From NCBI GenBank assembly GCA_963706325.1, contig CAVPLT010000007.1, forward strand, positions 32,001 through 96,000: DNA of 64,000 nucleotides, read 5' to 3'. Made by a program: the position numbers and the translations under genes. This document shows positions 19,614 through 29,100 of the stretch, piece after piece. The stretch is from an uncultured Nitrospiraceae bacterium (GTDB taxonomy: Bacteria > Nitrospirota > Nitrospiria > Nitrospirales > Nitrospiraceae). Each line of letters opens with the position of its first letter. Position 1 is the stretch's first letter. The notes below the pieces were generated by a model, which saw only the letters and a list, made by a program, of their open reading frames with translations, made no database searches and was not told the DNA's origin.

Positions 19614-19642
19614 TTGACAAGCTGGAGCGAACTTCCTATATT
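19614..19642 (+). promoter_or_regulatory. Sigma70-like promoter upstream of zapB-zapA
   Basis: TTGACA-N17-TATATT. Confidence 0.65.
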
Positions 19643-19695
19643 TCGCATCCGTCGCTATATCTGTTGAACCACCCACTTTGACATGAGGAAATACC

Positions 19696-19950
19696 ATGAC
19701 TTTAGATCGTCTCGACGCCCTTGAAATTCGGATTCGTGATTTGGTGAAGCTCGTTCAGGACCTGAAGCGAAAGAATGTGTCGTTGGAAGATGAGTTGCGA
19801 CTGGCTCGGGAACGGGTCGCGGTGCGGGACGATGAGAATCGACGATGGGAGCAGGAGCGGGTCGATATTCGCTCGCGCATCGAAAAGGTGCTGGGCGAAA
19901 TTGATGTGTTGGAATGCCTGGATGAACCCAAGGAGGTGGCTTTTGACTAA
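19696..19950 (+). CDS. zapB: ZapB-like coiled-coil cell division protein
   Basis: 84-aa coiled coil directly upstream of and overlapping zapA; SD GAGG. Confidence 0.7.
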   Translation: MTLDRLDALEIRIRDLVKLVQDLKRKNVSLEDELRLARERVAVRDDENRRWEQERVDIRSRIEKVLGEIDVLECLDEPKEVAFD

Positions 19951-20239
19951 GACCATTGATGTGGAGATCTACGGCCAACGTTACAGCATCACCGGCGAAG
20001 CAGATGAGTCCTACGTGAAGAAGCTTGCCGATCTCGTCGATACGCACATGAAACATGTGGCGGCCGGACTGCGGTCCGCCACCCCGGCCAAACTGGCCGT
20101 CCTCGCGGCCATCAATATTGCTCACGAATTAATGGAGTCAGAGCGTAAGAGTCGTCAGGGCGAGGCCGACGCGGATCGCCGGATGGCATCCCTGATGGAG
20201 TCAATCGATCAACAAATGCCGTCCATGCTGTCCCGGTGA
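19943..20239 (+). CDS. zapA: Cell division protein ZapA
   Basis: TTG start after AGGAGGT; VEIYGQRYSI, LADLVDTHM, KLAVLAAINIAHEL. Confidence 0.92.
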   Translation: MTKTIDVEIYGQRYSITGEADESYVKKLADLVDTHMKHVAAGLRSATPAKLAVLAAINIAHELMESERKSRQGEADADRRMASLMESIDQQMPSMLSR

Positions 20240-20247
20240 GTTTCACC

Positions 20248-20276
20248 TTGCTTTCATATCACTCCTTTGCTATCGT
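20248..20276 (+). promoter_or_regulatory. Sigma70-like promoter at the start of the zapA-rny intergenic region
   Basis: TTGCTT-N17-TATCGT. Confidence 0.45.
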
Positions 20277-20282
20277 TTCTGT

Positions 20283-20745
20283 GTTGTATTGACCTGAGGG
20301 TCAGCAAGAGCTGGAGAGGAAAGGAAGCTTCGAATAAGGACGGAAAATTCTGAACACAGTTTTTGAGCTCTAAGAATATGGAATCGCTGAGTTTCATAGT
20401 GCTGTTCGGTGTGGTTATGGTGGCATGGGTTGACCGGCTGGCCCGTGTGTGTACGACTGTGCGACAGGTGGATGACAGCTCGGTGTTGTTAAGCAGGGAG
20501 CACATGCTGGCCCGTATACCCTCGGGCACTCTCTGCTCGGTACATGTTCCTATCCCAATCAAGCGGTCTGGTTATCTTCGCTTGCGAGGTGATAGGCGAA
20601 GTGATTCGGGTCGAGGGCGACCACCCCTCCGCTTGAATTAGCGATAGCGATTCCTCGAATCAGTCTGCAGGCTCAGAACTCAGGGTTTCTCCCTACTCAT
20701 TTACGCAGTCCTTTCCCACTCTCCGTGCTCCCCTAAACACTGGCT
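20283..20745 (+). ncRNA. Candidate large structured RNA (rny leader, or ncRNA at the usual 6S RNA locus)
   Basis: Nested complementary segments: 20318-25/20709-16, 20380-88/20646-54, 20492-500/20529-37, 20510-14/20523-27, 20559-66/20629-36. The zapA-downstream position is a common ssrS site in other bacteria. Confidence 0.55.
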
Positions 20746-20802
20746 GCGATCATTTGCAGGGTGACAGCGTGCTGTCCCGCTGCCGTAAGGGAGGTGGTTC
20801 CC

Positions 20803-22371
20803 ATTTCTCTCAGCGTCGTTGCGTACATCATTATAGGATTGGTGGGAGCGGTGTTAGGCGCCGTTGGTTATGAGTTCTTGCGACGCCGATCAGGATTGGC
20901 GCGCCGAGCCGAGGCGGAAAATCAGTCGGCGCAGGTTGTGCAGTCGGCCCAGCGCGAAGCAGAGAACTTGGTGAAAGAAGCCAAGCTGGAAGCGAAGGAT
21001 TTGGTCTTCCAAGCAAAAATTGAACTGGAGAAGGAACAGAAAGCCAAGCTCGCCGAGGTTTCTACTACGGAACGGCGAGTCTTGCAACGGGAAGAAAGTC
21101 TCGACAAGAAGGTGGCGGTTCTGGAAAAGCGCGATCAGGAAACACTCAGGCGCGAACAGGAGATCCTCAAGCGAGAGGAGGGTCTGGCTCAAAAGGAAGC
21201 GGCATGCGCCCAGGCTACGAAGCAGCATCGTGAGGCACTCGAGCGGGTGGCGAGCTTAACCGCTGAGGAAGCCAAACGGCAACTGATTCAAGAAATGGAC
21301 AGCCAGGCGCGTCTGGAAGCGGCCGGTCTTGCGAAGCGCATGCTGGAAGAGGCAAAGGAAAATGCCGATCGCGAAGCGCGAGAGATCATTTCTCTTTCCA
21401 TCCAACGCGTGACGCGCGACTATGTGAATGAAGCGACGATTTCGGTCGTGCCGATCGCGAATGACGCGATGAAGGGCCGGATCATCGGTCGCGAAGGACG
21501 AAACATTCGCGCAATCGAAGCGGCCACGGGAATCGATCTCATTATCGATGAGACGCCCGAGGCGGTCATTATTTCAGGGTTCGATCCACTCCGACGTGAA
21601 ATCGCCAAGGTATCTCTCGAACGACTCATGCACGATGGGCGAATCCATCCGACCCGCATCGAAGAGATAGTCGAAAAGGTCAAGATTGATATTGAAAAGC
21701 TCATGATCGAAGAGGCCGAGAAGGTCATCTTCGAGGTCGGTTTGTCCGATTTTCATCCCGAGTTGGTCAAGGTGCTCGGCAGGCTCAAATATCGAACCAG
21801 TTATGGCCAGAACAATTTGTATCATGCTCGAGAGGCCGCCTACATCTGCGGCATCATGGCATCTGAGTTGAAACTCGACGTCAAGCTCGCCAAGCGCGGG
21901 GCGTTGTTGCATGACATCGGTAAGGCCGTGAGTCACGAAGAAGAGGGACCGCATGCCATGTTAGGCGCGGAGCTCGCCAAGAAGTACGGCGAAAGTCCCA
22001 AGATCGTGAATGCCATTGCGGCACATCACGAGCAAGTGGAGCCGATTTGCCCGGAATCGGTCCTGGTGGCGGCGGCGGAAGCGCTGTCGGCTGCGCGCCC
22101 TGGCGCACGACGTGAGGCGTTAGAGTCCTATGTGAAGCGCTTGGAGAAGTTGGAGTCGCTAGCGACCGTTCACAAGGGTGTTCAGAAGGCCTATGCCATT
22201 CAAGCTGGACGCGAAATTCGTGTGATTGTAAAGCAGGAAGATTTGACGGACCCGGAATGTTTCCAGCTTTCTCGCGATTTGGCCAAGAAAATTGAACAGG
22301 AACTGACCTATCCGGGCCAAATCAAAGTCACGGTGATCCGCGAGAGCCGGTTTGTCGATTTCGCGAAATGA
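20803..22371 (+). CDS. rny: Ribonuclease Y (start probably ATT at 20803; alternative GTG at 20794)
   Basis: N-terminal TM, coiled coil, KH domain (MKGRIIGREGRNIR), HD domain (LLHDIGK), YAIQAGREIRV. Confidence 0.96.
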   Translation: MSLSVVAYIIIGLVGAVLGAVGYEFLRRRSGLARRAEAENQSAQVVQSAQREAENLVKEAKLEAKDLVFQAKIELEKEQKAKLAEVSTTERRVLQREESLDKKVAVLEKRDQETLRREQEILKREEGLAQKEAACAQATKQHREALERVASLTAEEAKRQLIQEMDSQARLEAAGLAKRMLEEAKENADREAREIISLSIQRVTRDYVNEATISVVPIANDAMKGRIIGREGRNIRAIEAATGIDLIIDETPEAVIISGFDPLRREIAKVSLERLMHDGRIHPTRIEEIVEKVKIDIEKLMIEEAEKVIFEVGLSDFHPELVKVLGRLKYRTSYGQNNLYHAREAAYICGIMASELKLDVKLAKRGALLHDIGKAVSHEEEGPHAMLGAELAKKYGESPKIVNAIAAHHEQVEPICPESVLVAAAEALSAARPGARREALESYVKRLEKLESLATVHKGVQKAYAIQAGREIRVIVKQEDLTDPECFQLSRDLAKKIEQELTYPGQIKVTVIRESRFVDFAK

Positions 22372-22381
22372 GTGCGTAGAC

Positions 22382-23161
22382 ATGAAAGTTCTGATGATCG
22401 GCGATATCATGGGCGAGCCAGGGCGACGGGCCGTGGCTCGCCTGCTTCCCAAGCTCATTGCCAAACACAATATCGACGTTGTGATTGGTAACGGGGAGAA
22501 TGTGGCGGGCGGATTCGGAATCACTCCGGACCTAATGGACGACCTTTTTGATCTCGGGGTGTCGGTGATCACCACCGGAAATCACGCGTGGGACAAGAAA
22601 GAAATTATCGAAGTGTTTCCACGTGAACCGCGTCTCCTACGTCCGGCCAATTATCCCTCTGGGGTGCCTGGACGCGGGAGTTATGTTTTTACGACGCCGG
22701 GTGGTGAGTCCTTGGGGATTCTTCACTTGATGGGACGGGCCTTCATGCCGACGCTTGATTGTCCCTTTCAGGTTGGCAAGCGAGAAGTCGAGCATCTCAA
22801 GACACAGGTTGCGGCCATCGTGGTCGATATGCATGCTGAAGCGACATCTGAGAAGATGGCGATGGCGCATTACCTGGATGGATTGGTGACGGCCGTGGCG
22901 GGCACGCATACTCATGTGCAGACGGCCGATGAGCAAATCCTTCCAAAGGGAACGGCGTATATCACCGATATCGGAATGACCGGTCCGCTCCATTCGGTCA
23001 TCGGAATCAAGAAAGAGTTGGCGATCGAAAAATTCCTCACGGGGATGCCGCGCCGCTTCGAAGTGGCACAGGGACCAACCGTGTTCTGCGCGGTCTTGCT
23101 TGATCTGGATGGGGTGCTCGGCAAAGCCGTGTCCATCGAACGAATCCGAGTGGTGGACTAA
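22382..23161 (+). CDS. ymdB: YmdB-like (TIGR00282 family) metallophosphoesterase
   Basis: GDIMGEPGR, NGENVAGGFGIT, TGNHAWD, HAEATSEK, GTHTHVQTAD; follows rny. Confidence 0.92.
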   Translation: MKVLMIGDIMGEPGRRAVARLLPKLIAKHNIDVVIGNGENVAGGFGITPDLMDDLFDLGVSVITTGNHAWDKKEIIEVFPREPRLLRPANYPSGVPGRGSYVFTTPGGESLGILHLMGRAFMPTLDCPFQVGKREVEHLKTQVAAIVVDMHAEATSEKMAMAHYLDGLVTAVAGTHTHVQTADEQILPKGTAYITDIGMTGPLHSVIGIKKELAIEKFLTGMPRRFEVAQGPTVFCAVLLDLDGVLGKAVSIERIRVVD

Positions 23162-23200
23162 TCGTTGTGCCCGTGACTTTTTCGTGTGGCTCCGTGAGAC

Positions 23201-24559
23201 ATGACCGGGCGTAATCCTTCCCTTCCACTTCTCCTCTCCGTGTCCGACGTGACGCGTCTCATTCGCGATTCCCTTGAAGATCAATTCCGGGATATTTGGA
23301 TTCAAGGAGAGGTTTCCAATCTTCGTGCGCCGAGCTCCGGACACCTATACCTCACCATAAAAGACGAGCAAAGCCAGCTTCGTGCCCTGTTCTTCCGGTC
23401 CGGGGTCGCGCGGCTTCGGTTCGCGCTCCAGGAAGGCATGGCGATCATTGCGCGCGGCCGTATTTCGGTATACGAGCCTCGCGGCGAGTATCAACTCGTC
23501 ATCGATTCGCTCGAACCGCAGGGGATCGGGGCGTTTCAGTTGGCGTTCGATCAGCTGAAGGAACGGTTAGCGCGTGAGGGGCTGTTCGAAGAGGCCCGTA
23601 AGCGTCCCTTGCCGGCCTTCCCGAGAACGGTTGGCATTGTGACCTCAAGTACAGGGGCTGCCATTCGCGATATTCTCGCCGTACTTTATCGACGCTGTCC
23701 GCTCGTTCATGTCCTGATTGCGCCTGTTCCGGTTCAGGGGGATGGGGCTGCTGAACGCATTGCCGCTGCGATAACGGCCTTGAGTGCGGTTCCAGAGGTG
23801 GAAGTCGTGATTGTCGGTCGAGGCGGCGGAGCTTCGGAAGATCTCTGGGCCTTTAACGAAGAACTGGTGGTACGTGCAATCGTGCAATCCAGGGTGCCGG
23901 TCGTCTCCGCGGTGGGGCATGAAATCGATGTCACCCTCTCGGACTTTGCGGCCGATTATCGCGCTCCGACTCCTTCTGCGGCAGCGGAGGCGGTGGTCCC
24001 GGTGTTAGCCGAGCTTCTTGACCGGTTAGACGAGGTGAACATTCGTCTGCGACGCACGATACAGACCTTCGTGGTAATGCAGCGCTATCGCGTGGATACG
24101 TCTCTTAGAATCCTGCGAGAAACGCGCTTTCGAATGCAAGCGCAGGCACAACGGCTGGATGAATTGAGCGATGCCCTACGGCGGTCGCTTACAGGGCGTC
24201 TGACCCTGTCACATCGTGGTATGGCGGAGTGTCATCATGCCCTGCTGGCACAGAGTCCCCGGAGCAAGATTGGGACATCGGTCGTGTTGCTTTCGCAACT
24301 GTGCAAGCGGCTGGAGCAGGAGGCTCGCCGAGGACTTGTTCACCGGAGGCAATCAGTGGAAGCTCGCATGACAGCCCTGGATGCCCTCAGTCCCTTAGCG
24401 ATCCTCAGGCGAGGGTACAGTGTTATTCAAGGCGTTCCGTTGGGACAGGTCGTGCGGCGGGCGTCAGAGGTGACCGTTGGAGAGGTCCTCCAAGCTCGAC
24501 TCTCTGAAGGACGGCTGTTGTGCCTCGTCAAGGAAGTTTTGCCTCATTCCGTATCTTGA
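23201..24559 (+). CDS. xseA: Exodeoxyribonuclease VII large subunit
   Basis: GEVSN, SGHLY, RGGGASEDLWAFN, SAVGHEID, APTPSAAAE. Confidence 0.95.
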   Translation: MTGRNPSLPLLLSVSDVTRLIRDSLEDQFRDIWIQGEVSNLRAPSSGHLYLTIKDEQSQLRALFFRSGVARLRFALQEGMAIIARGRISVYEPRGEYQLVIDSLEPQGIGAFQLAFDQLKERLAREGLFEEARKRPLPAFPRTVGIVTSSTGAAIRDILAVLYRRCPLVHVLIAPVPVQGDGAAERIAAAITALSAVPEVEVVIVGRGGGASEDLWAFNEELVVRAIVQSRVPVVSAVGHEIDVTLSDFAADYRAPTPSAAAEAVVPVLAELLDRLDEVNIRLRRTIQTFVVMQRYRVDTSLRILRETRFRMQAQAQRLDELSDALRRSLTGRLTLSHRGMAECHHALLAQSPRSKIGTSVVLLSQLCKRLEQEARRGLVHRRQSVEARMTALDALSPLAILRRGYSVIQGVPLGQVVRRASEVTVGEVLQARLSEGRLLCLVKEVLPHSVS

Positions 24560-24616
24560 CCTCTCCAAGGGGGCGGGCAATAATGCGTGCGTAAACGAAC
24601 TTGCAAGGGAGATGGT

Positions 24617-24865
24617 GTGGCCGCGATTAAGTTTGAGTATGCCATGGCGAGATTGGAAACGATCGTCGCTGAACTGGAGAAGGGCGATCTGCCCCTCGAT
24701 GACTCGCTGAAGATTTTTGAGGAAGGGATCAGGTTGTCGAAAACCTGCCTCAAGATGCTGGAAGATGCTGAACGGAAAGTCGAGATCCTGGTTCAGGAAA
24801 AGGATGGCAAGAAGCATATTCAAGCGTTTACTCTGGGTGACGATGAGTCCGAGCGTTCTCAGTGA
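24617..24865 (+). CDS. xseB: Exodeoxyribonuclease VII small subunit
   Basis: FEYAMARLETIVAELEKGDLPLDDSLKIFEEG; GTG start after GGGAGA. Confidence 0.93.
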   Translation: MAAIKFEYAMARLETIVAELEKGDLPLDDSLKIFEEGIRLSKTCLKMLEDAERKVEILVQEKDGKKHIQAFTLGDDESERSQ

Positions 24866-24932
24866 CGGTGCGGTCAGTGCGTAAGTCCGAGCACGGCGCC
24901 TTTTCCTCAGCGCCTCATCCTCCAGCGGTAAT

Positions 24933-25736
24933 ATGATTCAAAAAATACGTCCAGAGCGCGAGCGACTCGATCGTGCGCTTGTGAGCCGAGGGTTGGTGAC
25001 AAGTCGTGAGGATGCCGCTCGACTCATTCTTGCCGGCCTGGTTCGCGTGGATGGAATGCTCGTTGATAAGGCGGCAAAACCCATTCTGCCCGACGCTCAG
25101 GTGGTGGTCGCTGGGCGAGGATCGCCCTACGTCGGCCGCGGCGGCGAAAAGTTGGCTGCGGCCCTCGATCATTTCCAGGTCGAGCCGAAGGGGATGGTTT
25201 GTTTCGATGTGGGCTGTTCCACTGGAGGCTTCACTGATTGTCTCCTGCAGCGTGGCGCGGCTCGGGTCTATGCCGTTGATGTGGGGTATGGACAATTCGA
25301 TTGGCGACTTCGGCAGGATCCGCGTGTCTCACTCAAGGAACGAACGAACATTCGGTATCTTGAAGCGGGTTTTATCCAGGATCCGATCAGCCTGATCGTC
25401 ATCGATGTCTCGTTCATTTCACTCACTCTCGTGCTCCCTTGTGTGGTGCCCTACCTGACTGATTCAGGGGGAATTATCACGCTGATCAAGCCGCAGTTTG
25501 AGGTGGGAAAAGGTCTTGTCGGACGGGGGGGAATCGTTCGGGATGACGGATTGCGCGAGGGCTCGGCTCAGAAAGTGGTGGTCTGTGCCGATCAGCTGGG
25601 GCTGGAGTTGGCAGGCCGCATAGATTCACCCATTGATGGACGCAAGGGGAACCGAGAAATGCTAGCGTGGTTTCGTCGGCGCGGTAGAGCGATTCAACCG
25701 CAAGCTCCAAACGAAAACGCTTTGCCGATGGGCTGA
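24933..25736 (+). CDS. tlyA: TlyA family rRNA methyltransferase
   Basis: S4 domain, YVGRGGEKL, DVGCSTGGFTD, DVSFISL, LIKPQFE, GNRE. Confidence 0.93.
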   Translation: MIQKIRPERERLDRALVSRGLVTSREDAARLILAGLVRVDGMLVDKAAKPILPDAQVVVAGRGSPYVGRGGEKLAAALDHFQVEPKGMVCFDVGCSTGGFTDCLLQRGAARVYAVDVGYGQFDWRLRQDPRVSLKERTNIRYLEAGFIQDPISLIVIDVSFISLTLVLPCVVPYLTDSGGIITLIKPQFEVGKGLVGRGGIVRDDGLREGSAQKVVVCADQLGLELAGRIDSPIDGRKGNREMLAWFRRRGRAIQPQAPNENALPMG

Positions 25737-25811
25737 GAAGGTGTAGGCTGACCTTCGATTATTGGTTTGAGGATCGTTGGAGTCTGTCATGAAGGTGAGG
25801 CGAGGGCACGT

Positions 25812-26735
25812 ATGAAAGTTTTGGTTACCGGAGGGGCGGGATTTATTGGGTCACACGTGGTGGATCGCCTGCTCCAAGAAGGTCACGACGTGGTGGTGGT
25901 CGATAATCTCGTTACGGGTAAGCGAAGAAACGTGCCCAAAGTGGCGCAATTCTATAAGCTTGATATCGAAAATCCAAAGTTGGAGCGGATCTTTCGGAAT
26001 GAACGACCCTCGGTCGTGTTTCATTTGGCCGCGCAGATGAATGTGCGGCGCTCGGTAGATGACCCCATGTTCGATGCGCAGGTCAATGTCTTAGGGACTT
26101 TGAATGTTCTTGAACAGGCTTCGAAGCATGGTGCGAGAAAGGTTATTTTTTCATCGTCCGGCGGAGCCATCTATGGAGAACAGCTCACCTTTCCTGCGCC
26201 TGAAAGCCATATTACCCAGCCACTCTCCCCATACGGCATCAGCAAGTTGTGCGGGGAGCATTATTTGTCCTACTACCATCGGCTGAGCGGGATTCAGGTA
26301 GTGAGTCTTCGATATGCCAATGTCTATGGGCCGCGGCAGGATCCTGAAGGGGAGGCCGGAGTCGTCGCAATTTTTATTCAAAAGATGCTGCATGGGGAAC
26401 AAGCGGTGATTAATGGCAATGGCCGTCAAACGCGAGACTTCGTGTTTGTCGAAGATGTCGTGGAGTCAAACTTGATGGCAATGGGGCCCGACGTTGAAGG
26501 AGTGTACAACGTCGGCATGGGTGTTGAGACCTCCGTCAATGATTTATTCCAAATTGTCGTCGAGCTTACCAAAGTCGAATTCAAAGAGGTACATGGACCG
26601 GCGAAGAGAGGTGAGCAGGCGAGAAGCGTCATTGATTCCGCTAAGCTTTACCGCGAACTTGGGTGGGAACCCAAGGTGGATTTGCGTGAGGGGCTCCGGC
26701 GGACGGTCGAATATTTTCGCGAGCAGCTTGGGTAG
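25812..26735 (+). CDS. NAD-dependent epimerase/dehydratase (UDP-glucose 4-epimerase-like)
   Basis: TGGAGFIGSH, HLAAQ, YGISK, RYANVYGPRQ, TRDFVFV. Confidence 0.92.
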   Translation: MKVLVTGGAGFIGSHVVDRLLQEGHDVVVVDNLVTGKRRNVPKVAQFYKLDIENPKLERIFRNERPSVVFHLAAQMNVRRSVDDPMFDAQVNVLGTLNVLEQASKHGARKVIFSSSGGAIYGEQLTFPAPESHITQPLSPYGISKLCGEHYLSYYHRLSGIQVVSLRYANVYGPRQDPEGEAGVVAIFIQKMLHGEQAVINGNGRQTRDFVFVEDVVESNLMAMGPDVEGVYNVGMGVETSVNDLFQIVVELTKVEFKEVHGPAKRGEQARSVIDSAKLYRELGWEPKVDLREGLRRTVEYFREQLG

Positions 26736-26744
26736 AAACGTGGA

Positions 26745-27065
26745 TTAGTAACGAGGGACGGATGGATCTACCTGGGTAGACCATGCATCAATGCCGCCGA
26801 TCAGGTTTTTAACGTTTCCGAACCCCTGCTGCAGTAGAAATCCGGTCGCATCAGCGCTTCTCATGCCATGGTGACAATAGGCAATAATTTCAGCGTTGCG
26901 ATCGAGCTTGCCTAGAGATTGTTGAAGAGTTGCCAACGGGACTAGGACAGATCCCTCTAGCTTGGCCAGGGCATATTCCCACGGTTCGCGAACATCGACA
27001 AGCACAAGCTTGTCACCTTTATCCAGCCTCGACTTAAGATCTTTGGGCGTAATCGTAAAACTCAT
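26745..27065 (-). CDS. Single-domain rhodanese
   Basis: LVDVREPWE, CHHGMRS, LIGGIDAW, DPSVPRY. Confidence 0.92.
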   Translation of the reverse strand: MSFTITPKDLKSRLDKGDKLVLVDVREPWEYALAKLEGSVLVPLATLQQSLGKLDRNAEIIAYCHHGMRSADATGFLLQQGFGNVKNLIGGIDAWSTQVDPSVPRY

Positions 27066-27427
27066 CAGTGCACCTCCATCTGTATGACCGGATCATAAGG
27101 AGCCAGAAAAGGGGTGTCAACTCGGGGGCGTTTCCTATCCGTCGTTCGGACAGTTCCCCAGAGCAGATATTTATTTCTTTGGAGAGGCCAAGGCTAAGGG
27201 GATGGAATACTGAAAGAGCCAGGGAGTAATTTCTGCAACTGACGGTTACAAGCTCTTCGTGAAGGAGTCGTTTTTTTGCTGAAGTGTACAAATCCTGCCT
27301 ACTGATTAGTTGATTCGGCGGTGAAGATAAAAGCATAATCACCGATAAAGCCTTGATGCCTGCTGATTCGCAGACTGCAATGGATTTTTGAAGGCATGAT
27401 ATTTGCTTTCAATATTATGAGGCGGCT

Positions 27428-27757
27428 GTGGAGATTAACAGATCTGAGATTGTCGTGCTTGTGACGGCCTCATCAAATGGTGAGGCGGAAGAACTGGGAA
27501 AGTTGGCCGTATCTTCCGGCATGGCCGCTTGTGTAAATATCGTCAGAGGCATTCAGTCAATATTTCGTTGGGAGAAGGTGGTGAAGGTGGAGACTGAATG
27601 TCTGATGATCATCAAAACCACCTTGGATCGATTCTCGGAGCTCGAAACCGTTATTCGAGAGCACCACACTTACAGCGTTCCCGAGATTATTGCCCTGCCC
27701 ATTATCGGGGGGTCCGCTCCATACTTGGAATGGATCCAGGCGGAAACTCATAAGTAG
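27428..27757 (+). CDS. cutA: Divalent-cation tolerance protein CutA
   Basis: AACVNI, SIFRWE, IKTT, HHTYSVPEII. Confidence 0.92.
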   Translation: MEINRSEIVVLVTASSNGEAEELGKLAVSSGMAACVNIVRGIQSIFRWEKVVKVETECLMIIKTTLDRFSELETVIREHHTYSVPEIIALPIIGGSAPYLEWIQAETHK

Positions 27758-27792
27758 TTGATTGTATTATCTTAATAACTGAAAACAAAGGG

Positions 27793-27821
27793 TTGACCAT
27801 CCAGTCTGGGATTAGTACACT
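27793..27821 (+). promoter_or_regulatory. Sigma70-like promoter for the M23 peptidase
   Basis: TTGACC-N17-TACACT. Confidence 0.55.
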
Positions 27822-27874
27822 GCAGGAGTGGTTGACCTGAAGCCTCAGCTAATTCGTGAAGGGGAGACCGTCCT

Positions 27875-28894
27875 ATGAGCCAGCAAACGGCCGATACGAG
27901 TGATGCCTATACCATCGTCGTCTTTCGAGGGTCATCTTCTAAGCCGCTTCGCTTTAGTTTTCCCCGGAAGTTCATGCGTAAACTTCTGATCTTGGCCGCG
28001 ATTCTGATTGTCGCAGACTTGCTCGTTGTTTCCCATTACGTGATTCGAACCGGCGAGGTGTGGCAGTTGTCAGCGTTCCGAGCCGAGGCCATGGGAGCTC
28101 GTGAGCAAACGGCAGCCTTTTCCTCCGCGATTGATGATCTTAAAAAGCGCCTGTCGGTCATGGGAGAGGTCAACCAACGACTTCGCGTCATGCTGGGAAT
28201 CGATACGACCAAGCCTGCGGGTGATTTAGCCAATGGTCGGGGCGGCGATGATGGCCCCATGCCGGATGGTAAGGAGACTGTGCAGGGGGCGAGTCCGGCT
28301 GCGTCAGCCCCAGAACAGCGCCATCAGGTGACAGAAGTTCGGGATACGAACCAACTCGCGGCCGATTTCGCGACAGAAAACATTGAAGAAATTGCATTGC
28401 AGGTTCGCGAAAGCATCGATGCCCTTGTTCGGGAAGCCACCCAACAAGAGGAGGCTCTGCAAAGCCTTACACAAATTGCCGAGCAGCGTTCCACTCAGTG
28501 GGCGTCCACGCCTTCTATTTGGCCGGTGCGTGGATGGGTTACATCGGCCTTCGGTCCGCGGGTTTCGCCGTTTACTGAGAAACCGGCCTGGCATGATGGC
28601 CTAGACATCGGCGCATCCCCGAATGCCCCAGTGCAAGCCCCTGCTCTTGGACGTGTTGTCACGGTGGCGTTTGACTCGAAAATGGGTAATATGGTCAAGC
28701 TTGATCATGGTTACGGTATTGAGACTATCTACGGGCACCTTTCCAAACCATTGGTGAAGGAAGGTCAACGTGTAAAGCGAGGGGATGTTGTGGCGCTTGT
28801 TGGCAGTACTGGTCTATCAACGGGTCCGCATCTTCATTACATGGTAAAGAAGAACGGCCAGTCGCTTGATCCGACCAAATTCATTCTGGATTAA
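27875..28894 (+). CDS. M23 family peptidoglycan endopeptidase
   Basis: TM plus coiled coil; PSIWPV, HDGLD, YGHL, STGPHLHY. Confidence 0.92.
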   Translation: MSQQTADTSDAYTIVVFRGSSSKPLRFSFPRKFMRKLLILAAILIVADLLVVSHYVIRTGEVWQLSAFRAEAMGAREQTAAFSSAIDDLKKRLSVMGEVNQRLRVMLGIDTTKPAGDLANGRGGDDGPMPDGKETVQGASPAASAPEQRHQVTEVRDTNQLAADFATENIEEIALQVRESIDALVREATQQEEALQSLTQIAEQRSTQWASTPSIWPVRGWVTSAFGPRVSPFTEKPAWHDGLDIGASPNAPVQAPALGRVVTVAFDSKMGNMVKLDHGYGIETIYGHLSKPLVKEGQRVKRGDVVALVGSTGLSTGPHLHYMVKKNGQSLDPTKFILD

Positions 28895-29100
28895 TCGCCT
28901 CGCTTCATCGAACAAGTCTGACTCAGCCCATTACGTCTCCCTCCAGTATATCCCTCAGCATTTCAATCTACTTCGCCTCTGCATCGCAGCTCCTCTGCGG
29001 TCAGCTCGCCAGGGTCCCTCATGGGGTCGCCGCAACTTTGGTGCTCATCGGGTGTATGGTATAGCTCTCATTTTGAGAAAATCTTGAAACGAGGACATCC

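Noticed and set aside
20283..20745. Firm call as 6S RNA (ssrS)
   Set aside because: Only synteny supports it. I could not identify the canonical 6S central bubble, and the paired region is longer and branched, so it is kept as an unnamed candidate.
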